From: an uncultured Oscillospiraceae bacterium
GTDB lineage: Bacteria > Bacillota > Clostridia > Oscillospirales > Oscillospiraceae
Direction: 5' to 3'
DNA: 64,000 nt
Assembly (NCBI GenBank): GCA_949494735.1
Contig: CATABD010000002.1
Span: 11,814-75,813 of the forward strand
The notes below the pieces were generated by a model. The model was not told where the DNA came from, did no database searches, and saw only the letters and a list, made by a program, of their open reading frames with translations. Positions 58,001 through 64,000 of the stretch are shown in pieces. Each line of letters begins with the position of its first letter. Position 1 is the first letter of the stretch. A program made the translations under genes and the position numbers.

Positions 58001-59770
58001 CTATTTCTTTTTACGCTGTGCCTTTTTGGCCTCCTTGGCGGCCCGCTTGTCCAGCACCTTTTGGTTTTCCTTGTCAAAATCCAAGCCGCGTTTGGCGCAG
58101 TATTCTCTCAGTTCCTTGACACGGTTGGTCTCGGCCTCCTCCTTCTGGGCGGCGCGCTCCCGGCGCTCCAGCTCCTTCTGGGGGATGTATTCGATGCCCA
58201 TGGCCTCGCATTCCTTGCGCTTTTTCTCTGCCAGCGCCTCCTGGACAGTGGGCATATTCCGCTCAATCTTGAAGAAGAACACGAACAGCACAAAGAACAG
58301 CACGCCCATCAGCAAAAAGCTGCCCTGGAAGGAGAAATTGATCCAGTTGGTGGCCCCGGCGGTCTGATCGGCGTACAGAGCGATCTCCTGGCCTTTCTTG
58401 TTGATGAAGGAACCAATCTGCTCCGGGGTGTCATACTTGGTCACGGCCAAACCCAGGTTGAACAGCGCTTGACCGATACCTTTGGAGAACATCTCCGCAA
58501 AGCCCACCAGCGCGGCGGTGAAGCCTTCTACCCGGACGCCCTGGGAGTACTCCACGTGGTCGATGCTGTCGCCGATGAAGGTCATCAGGGAGTAGATGAA
58601 CGTCATGGTGCCGATGGAGGCCAGGGCGGTGCCGCCGTAGATGGCGCTGGTCTTGCCGGGGCTGAAAAACGCGGCGGCGGAGCCCAGCATGGCCAGCACG
58701 GAGCCCACGATGATGACCTTGGTGCGGCCGAACTTCTTGAACGCGGGCAGCAGGAGCAGCAGGCCGGGGCCCATGGGGGCCATGGAGATCATGGTGAACT
58801 TGGCCTGGATGGCGGCGTACTCGCCGTAGGCGTTTCCGTTCACCACCCAGCCGCTGTAGTACACCTGGGAGATGCCCTTCATGGCGTTGAGCACCTGGTA
58901 GAGCAGGATCATGACGATCAGCATGATCCAGTACTTGTCTTTGATACAGGCCCGGAACTGCTCCATAAAAGAGGCTTCCTTGATTTTGACCGTCTCGCCG
59001 CCCACCACGCCGTACTGGTTGCGGCGCTCCTCGGTGATGCGCTCCCGGGTGAAGAAGTACTGCAGGAAGGTGAGGGGCACCGCCACGCAGCACATGATGG
59101 ACATGCACAGCAGGTAGCCGCTCCGGTTGTTTCCGCCCACCATGGCGCACACGGCGGACAGGATGGTGGGGAACAGGATGGATATGATGCCGGTGCCAAT
59201 GTTTTTGGTGATCTGTCCGGCCATGGAGTTGTTCTTGCGCTGGCTGAAATTCCGGGTGGACAGGGCCGCGCTCAGCTCATAGGCCATGTACCACATGGTG
59301 TAGCCCACCGAGTAGAACAGGTTATAGGCGATTACGATCCACACCGCCTGGGCCACAGGGGACGCGAAGGGAATCCAGAACAGCATCAGCACGCTGACGA
59401 TCACGATGGGGATGGACAGGATGAACCAGGGGCGCAGCTTGCCCTGGCGGCAGGTGGTGTTGTCCAGGATCTTGGCCATGCCCACGTTGGTGAGGGCGTC
59501 CACGATCTTGGACAGCAGGGGGAACAGCACCATAAAGCTGGCGATCCAGGCCCCCCGGCTGACGGTGAAGCCCAGCACATCGGTGAGATACTGGTTGAAG
59601 TAGCTGTTGACGATGGACTGCAGCAGCATCATGCCGAAGGGCCCCAGCACATAGCCCAGCCACAGCTCTTTGCCCCGGACGTTGGCGGAGGTGATGCGGG
59701 AGTTCCAGAAGCTGCCCTGGAACAGGTTGCCCAGCAGACCTCCCTTTTGGGTGCGGGTTGCGTTGTCCAT
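58001..59770 (-). CDS. GPH-family MFS transporter (paralog of 43149-44927)
   Basis: Shared QSIVNSYFNQYLTD, YYSGWVVNGNAYG and C-terminal tail. Confidence 0.9.
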   Translation of the reverse strand: MDNATRTQKGGLLGNLFQGSFWNSRITSANVRGKELWLGYVLGPFGMMLLQSIVNSYFNQYLTDVLGFTVSRGAWIASFMVLFPLLSKIVDALTNVGMAKILDNTTCRQGKLRPWFILSIPIVIVSVLMLFWIPFASPVAQAVWIVIAYNLFYSVGYTMWYMAYELSAALSTRNFSQRKNNSMAGQITKNIGTGIISILFPTILSAVCAMVGGNNRSGYLLCMSIMCCVAVPLTFLQYFFTRERITEERRNQYGVVGGETVKIKEASFMEQFRACIKDKYWIMLIVMILLYQVLNAMKGISQVYYSGWVVNGNAYGEYAAIQAKFTMISMAPMGPGLLLLLPAFKKFGRTKVIIVGSVLAMLGSAAAFFSPGKTSAIYGGTALASIGTMTFIYSLMTFIGDSIDHVEYSQGVRVEGFTAALVGFAEMFSKGIGQALFNLGLAVTKYDTPEQIGSFINKKGQEIALYADQTAGATNWINFSFQGSFLLMGVLFFVLFVFFFKIERNMPTVQEALAEKKRKECEAMGIEYIPQKELERRERAAQKEEAETNRVKELREYCAKRGLDFDKENQKVLDKRAAKEAKKAQRKKK

Positions 59771-60024
59771 GGTTTACCTCCTCTTTCTTCTCTGTATTGT
59801 TCCGTTCCGCGCCTTGGGCGCTTCCCTTATTTTGGATTATGGCACAGGCAATTTGTTTTGTATATTCCTATGTTTGCTTTCACATTCCCAATTTAGCGCA
59901 GTTTATCAATAGATATAAAACAGAAAATAAACAGCAATTTTAGAAAATCATAGTTTGCTTGCGTGCCGATTCACCGCGCGGTATAATGAAATTATATCTG
60001 TGAATGTTGGAGGGAGGCTGGCAT

Positions 60025-60732
60025 ATGCGGGTCGCCATTGTGGACGATGTGCGCTCGGACGCCCAGGTGCTGCAAGACCACCTGCGGCGGTATCAGGAGG
60101 AGGGCGGCGGAATGTGGGAGACTGTACTGTACCCCAGCGGGACGGACTTCCTGGCCCGATACCAGCCGGACTTCGACCTGGTGATCCTGGACATCGACAT
60201 GCCAGGGCTCAACGGCGTGGACGCCGCCCGGCGCATCCGGGAACTGGGGGATAACGTGGTGCTGATGTTCGTCACCAATATGCCCCAGTATGCCCTCCAG
60301 GGCTATGCGGTGGACGCGGTGGACTACCTCATCAAGCCCGTCTCCTATGAGGAGTTCGCCCTGAAGCTGAAAAAGGCGCAGCGCTACGCCCGGCTGAACC
60401 AGAGCGCCCAGCTGACCCTCCACACGGCGGACGGCATGGTGCTGGTGCCCTCCGACCGGCTGCTGTACGTGGAGTCCTCCCTCCACTACCTGACCTACCA
60501 CACCCTGGACGGAGACTACCGGGTGCGGGGTTCCCTCAGCCAGGCGGAGGCGGAGCTGCCGACCAGCCTGTTCGCCCGGTGCGGCGGAAGCTTCCTGGTC
60601 AACCTCCGGCACGTAAAGGGAATTGAGAAGCAGGACGTGCTGGTGGGGGGCGAGCGGGTGAAGCTCAGCCGGGGGAAGCGGCTGGAGTTTATGGAAAAGT
60701 TCTCCCGCTACTTGGGAGGGCTGGCCCCATGA
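60025..60732 (+). CDS. LytTR-family response regulator
   Basis: IVDD, LDIDMP, YLIKP; LytTR region YVES...SFLVNL. Confidence 0.93.
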   Translation: MRVAIVDDVRSDAQVLQDHLRRYQEEGGGMWETVLYPSGTDFLARYQPDFDLVILDIDMPGLNGVDAARRIRELGDNVVLMFVTNMPQYALQGYAVDAVDYLIKPVSYEEFALKLKKAQRYARLNQSAQLTLHTADGMVLVPSDRLLYVESSLHYLTYHTLDGDYRVRGSLSQAEAELPTSLFARCGGSFLVNLRHVKGIEKQDVLVGGERVKLSRGKRLEFMEKFSRYLGGLAP

Positions 60733-62054
60733 CGGCGCAAAGCGTATTTGAGGAGCTCCGGTTTATTTGGGAGCTGCTGGCGGCGGACTTCATCTTTCTG
60801 CTGCCCTTCGCCAAACGGCGGAAAAACTTCGCGCCGCTGGTGCTGCTGGGCGTCCCCGCCCTGTCCCTGCTGTCCCTGATCCACTTTCCCCTGCTGGCGT
60901 TGGGGTCCTCCCTCCCCGGCGTCTGGGGATACGCCGCCGTCAGCTCCGGCTACATCCTTTTGGCGGTGGCCACCATGCTGTTCTCCCGGCTGTGCTTCTC
61001 CCTGACGGTGAGCGACGCCCTCTACTTCTGCACCGCCGGCTATGCCGCCCAGCATTTTGTGTACGTCCTGGTCCATGAGGTACTGGCCCGGGCGGTGTGG
61101 CCCGCCCTGCCGGAGCGCCTCCTCCTCTACATCCTTGTGAGCGCAGCGGGCTGCTGCCTGTTTTTCGTGCCCATGTACCTCACCTTTTCACCCCGGCTCA
61201 CCGCTTGCGGCGGGCGGATGTTTGAGGACAAACCCGCCCGAATCGGCGCCAACCTGTTCCTGCTCACAGTGCTTATTGCCTGCACCTTTGCCTGCCAGCA
61301 CCTGTTTGAGTTCGTGGAGGAGGCGCGGCTTTTGGGGGCTGCCCTGGGCGGGATGGTGTGCTTTCTCATCCTGTCTGTACAGTACCAAACCTTGTCGGCG
61401 GTACGTTCCGGTCAGGAACGGGTGGTCATCGAGCAGATGCTCCGGGACAGCGGGCGGCACTACGCCTACTCCAAGGAGCTCATCGACATGGTAAACCGGA
61501 CGGTCCACGACCTGAAGCACACCCTCCGGGCCCTGCGGCAGGCGGACGAGGGGGAGCGGCGGCGCTTCATCGGCGAGACGGAGGCCAGCCTCCAGGAGTA
61601 CCAGCGGCTGGTCTACTCGGACAACGAGGTGCTCAACACCATCCTGGCGGAAAAGGCCTTCGCCTGCGAGCGCCGGGGCATCCGTTTCTCCTGCTCGGTG
61701 GACGGGGCGCAACTGGGCTTCCTGTCGGTGCCCGACCTCTACGCCCTGCTGGGCAACGCCATCGACAACGCCATTGAGGGGGTGGAGGGACTCCCTGACC
61801 CGGACAAGTGGGTGGTAAGCCTCACCATCCGGGGGCAGAGCGGCTTTGTCTGCATCCAGACCAACAACTGCTGCGGCGCCCTGCCCCAACGGGAGGACGG
61901 CCTGCCGCTCACCACCAAGGCGGACCGGGCCAACCACGGCTTCGGCCTGAAAAGCATCCGCTACCTGGCCCGGAAGTACGGCGGGACCATGTGCGTCAGC
62001 GTGCAGGACGGGGTGTTTATTTTGCAAATTACGCTGCCGACCCCTCCGAAATAG
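60729..62054 (+). CDS. AgrC-like GHKL sensor kinase
   Basis: Multi-TM N-terminus, HDLKH, GNAIDNAIE, TTK...HGFGLKSI. Confidence 0.92.
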   Translation: MTAQSVFEELRFIWELLAADFIFLLPFAKRRKNFAPLVLLGVPALSLLSLIHFPLLALGSSLPGVWGYAAVSSGYILLAVATMLFSRLCFSLTVSDALYFCTAGYAAQHFVYVLVHEVLARAVWPALPERLLLYILVSAAGCCLFFVPMYLTFSPRLTACGGRMFEDKPARIGANLFLLTVLIACTFACQHLFEFVEEARLLGAALGGMVCFLILSVQYQTLSAVRSGQERVVIEQMLRDSGRHYAYSKELIDMVNRTVHDLKHTLRALRQADEGERRRFIGETEASLQEYQRLVYSDNEVLNTILAEKAFACERRGIRFSCSVDGAQLGFLSVPDLYALLGNAIDNAIEGVEGLPDPDKWVVSLTIRGQSGFVCIQTNNCCGALPQREDGLPLTTKADRANHGFGLKSIRYLARKYGGTMCVSVQDGVFILQITLPTPPK

Positions 62055-62059
62055 ATTGG

Positions 62060-62085
62060 AAAACCGCCCCGACGGGGCGGTTTTC
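62060..62085 (+). terminator. Intrinsic terminator
   Basis: AAAACCGCCCC-GAC-GGGGCGGTTTT. Confidence 0.8.
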
Positions 62086-62250
62086 TTACGTTCAAACTGC
62101 ACAAAAATCCCGGCTTGTTTTTGACACCCGCGCAAATTCTGCCTGGTATCTGCAAATCCTGCCACCCCCCTATTCAGCGCCTGATTTTTCTGCTAAGGTA
62201 GCGCCATCGGCAACCGAAACAGCAAAATTTGATCAGGAAGGAGTAAGGAA

Positions 62251-64000
62251 ATGAAGGAGAGCGGCAAAAAACAGCCCCGGCAGCTCAAGCCCATCAGTAC
62301 GGCCAAGGCCGTCGTGATCTATGTGGTCTGCGCGGCGCTGATCGTGGGAATGCTGGTAGGCAACTATTTTGCGGACACCTACCGGGAACTCATCACCGTG
62401 TACCTGAGCGGGTCGGGCACCGTCACCACGGCGGAGTCCGAGGCGCTGTGCCTGGAGATTGAGGAGGAGGGCATGGTGCTGCTGCAAAACAAGGACGGTG
62501 CCCTGCCCCTGAAATCCGGGGCGGCGGTGTCCGTCTTCGGGCAGGACAGCGTGGACTTCGTCTACGGCGGCGCGGGCTCCGGCTCGGTGGACACCTCTAA
62601 GGCGGCCAACCTGAAGCAGGCACTGGAGAAGTCCGGCTTCCAGGTGAACCCGGCCCTGTGGGACTTCTACCTCACCGGCCCGGGAAAGGACTACCGCAAG
62701 AGCGTCCCCGACGAGACTGGCAAGGGTGATTTCGCGGTGAACGAGGTGCCCGCCGGCGTCTACACCCAGTCCGTGAAGGACAGCTTCGCCCAGTACGGCG
62801 ACGCGGCCATCGTCTGCATCGGGCGCAGCGGCGGCGAGAGCTCGGACATTCCCACCCAACCCCTGGCCTCCGGCTACCGCTACCTGGAGCTGGACAAGGA
62901 TGAGCTGGATCTGCTGTCCATGGCCTGTGAGAGATTCGACACGGTGGTGCTGGTACTCAACAGCAACAACACCCTGGAGCTGGGCTTCCTGGACGACCCG
63001 GCCTACGCCAACGTGAAGGCCTGCCTGTGGTGCGGCGGCGTGGGACAGGAGGGCATCTACGCCATCGGCAAGGCCCTGGCCGGGGAGGTCAACCCCTCCG
63101 GGCGGCTGGTGGACACCTACGCCTACGATTCCCTCAGCGCCCCCTCCGCGGCCAACCTGGGGGACTACTCCATCACCAACAGCACCGTCACCAACGGCGG
63201 GAAGTACCTGGTGTATGCCGAGGGCATCTATGTGGGCTACCGCTATTATGAGACCCGGTATGAGGACGCGGTGCTGGGCCAGGGAAACGCAGGAGACTAT
63301 GACTACAGCACCACTGTCCAGTTCCCCTTCGGCCACGGCCTGTCCTACACCCGGTTTGACTGGTCGGATTATCAGGTAAAGGAGGGCGAGGACGGCTTCG
63401 AGGTGTCCGTCACCGTAACCAACGCCGGGGACCGTGCCGGCAAGGACGTGGTGCAGGTCTATATGCAGTCCCCCTACACCGACTACGACCGGACCAACGG
63501 GGTGGAAAAGTCCGCCGTGGAGCTGGTTGGCTTCGCCAAGACCGCCCTGCTGGAGCCGGACAAGTCGGAGACCGTCACCGTCACCGTGCCTAAAGAGGTC
63601 ATGAAAACCTATGACGCCAACGGCGCGGGAACCTACATCCTGGACGCGGGGGACTATTACTTCGCCGCCGGATGCGACGTCCACGACGGCCTGAACAACA
63701 TCCTGGCGGCCAAGGGCTACTCCGCCAAAGATGGGATGGACGCCGACGGCGACGCCTCCATGGCGTGGAAGACCACCGTGGACGCCCAGGACAGCACTAC
63801 CTACGCCGTCTCCATGGCTACCGGCAAAGCCGTCTCCAACCAGTTCCAGGACACGGACATCCGTTACTACGACGGTGATTTCCGCTACCTCTCCCGAAGC
63901 GACTGGGCAGGTACCTGGCCGGAGACCTACCAGGGCGGTTCATGGCAGGCCCCCGGCACCCTGCTGAAGGATCTGGAGTGGAAGCGGGGCGTGGATGTGG
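62251..64000 (+). CDS. Membrane-anchored GH3 glycosidase, 5' part (runs off window, absent from ORF track)
   Basis: MKESGKK..., TM helix, EEEGMVLLQN, GGAGSG, VNPSGRLVDTY, EGIYVGYRYYET, FPFGHGLSY; AAGGAG RBS. Confidence 0.92.
   Translation, partial: MKESGKKQPRQLKPISTAKAVVIYVVCAALIVGMLVGNYFADTYRELITVYLSGSGTVTTAESEALCLEIEEEGMVLLQNKDGALPLKSGAAVSVFGQDSVDFVYGGAGSGSVDTSKAANLKQALEKSGFQVNPALWDFYLTGPGKDYRKSVPDETGKGDFAVNEVPAGVYTQSVKDSFAQYGDAAIVCIGRSGGESSDIPTQPLASGYRYLELDKDELDLLSMACERFDTVVLVLNSNNTLELGFLDDPAYANVKACLWCGGVGQEGIYAIGKALAGEVNPSGRLVDTYAYDSLSAPSAANLGDYSITNSTVTNGGKYLVYAEGIYVGYRYYETRYEDAVLGQGNAGDYDYSTTVQFPFGHGLSYTRFDWSDYQVKEGEDGFEVSVTVTNAGDRAGKDVVQVYMQSPYTDYDRTNGVEKSAVELVGFAKTALLEPDKSETVTVTVPKEVMKTYDANGAGTYILDAGDYYFAAGCDVHDGLNNILAAKGYSAKDGMDADGDASMAWKTTVDAQDSTTYAVSMATGKAVSNQFQDTDIRYYDGDFRYLSRSDWAGTWPETYQGGSWQAPGTLLKDLEWKRGVDV

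Larger units (their letters stand above)
34384..64000. mobile_element. tRNA-anchored genomic island, left part (glycoside catabolism cargo)
   Basis: tRNA fragment boundary, GGTAAGGGTC direct repeats at 34509 and 34520, visibly higher GC, accessory genes; integrase not in window. Confidence 0.65.

Noticed and set aside
34592-59896. Many long plus-strand ORFs opposite island genes (e.g. 34592, 37914, 48781, 53636, 57992)
   Set aside because: Typical antisense open frames of high-GC coding DNA, with no motifs.
62233-63684. 483-aa minus-strand ORF
   Set aside because: Antisense to the GH3 gene starting at 62251, which the track omits because it has no stop in the window.

Overview
Chromosomal window of a spore-forming Clostridia bacterium (Oscillospiraceae-like gene content; inference), probably at the replication terminus. 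Left to right: (1) the end of an element that interrupts the spore-coat gene cotJC and carries a two-component system; (2) core genes (SCIFF peptide and maturase, spoIIM-xerD, ruvCAB, sigH, purB, ATP- and PPi-type phosphofructokinases, fba); (3) a XerC-like recombinase gene directly next to a palindromic dif-like site, into which a 5.6-kb filamentous-phage (inovirus-like) genome has integrated, followed by remnants of earlier tandem copies; (4) radA, an amidase, a trmK-nif3 fusion, the feo operon and a VTC/DUF4956/CotH module; (5) from a tRNA 3'-end fragment at 34.36 kb to the window end, a GC-rich island with glycoside hydrolases (GH2, GH43, GH3, GH78), two paralogous MFS transporters, two AraC regulators and an unusual FdrA/DUF1116/acetate kinase/GarR operon. 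The most striking observation is a 77-nt, CCA-ended tRNA cloverleaf with non-canonical identity (anticodon AGT, C73, U1-A72, over-paired D-arm) inside the prophage, abutting the ribosome-binding site of the first structural gene. All calls come from reading the sequence; no searches were run.
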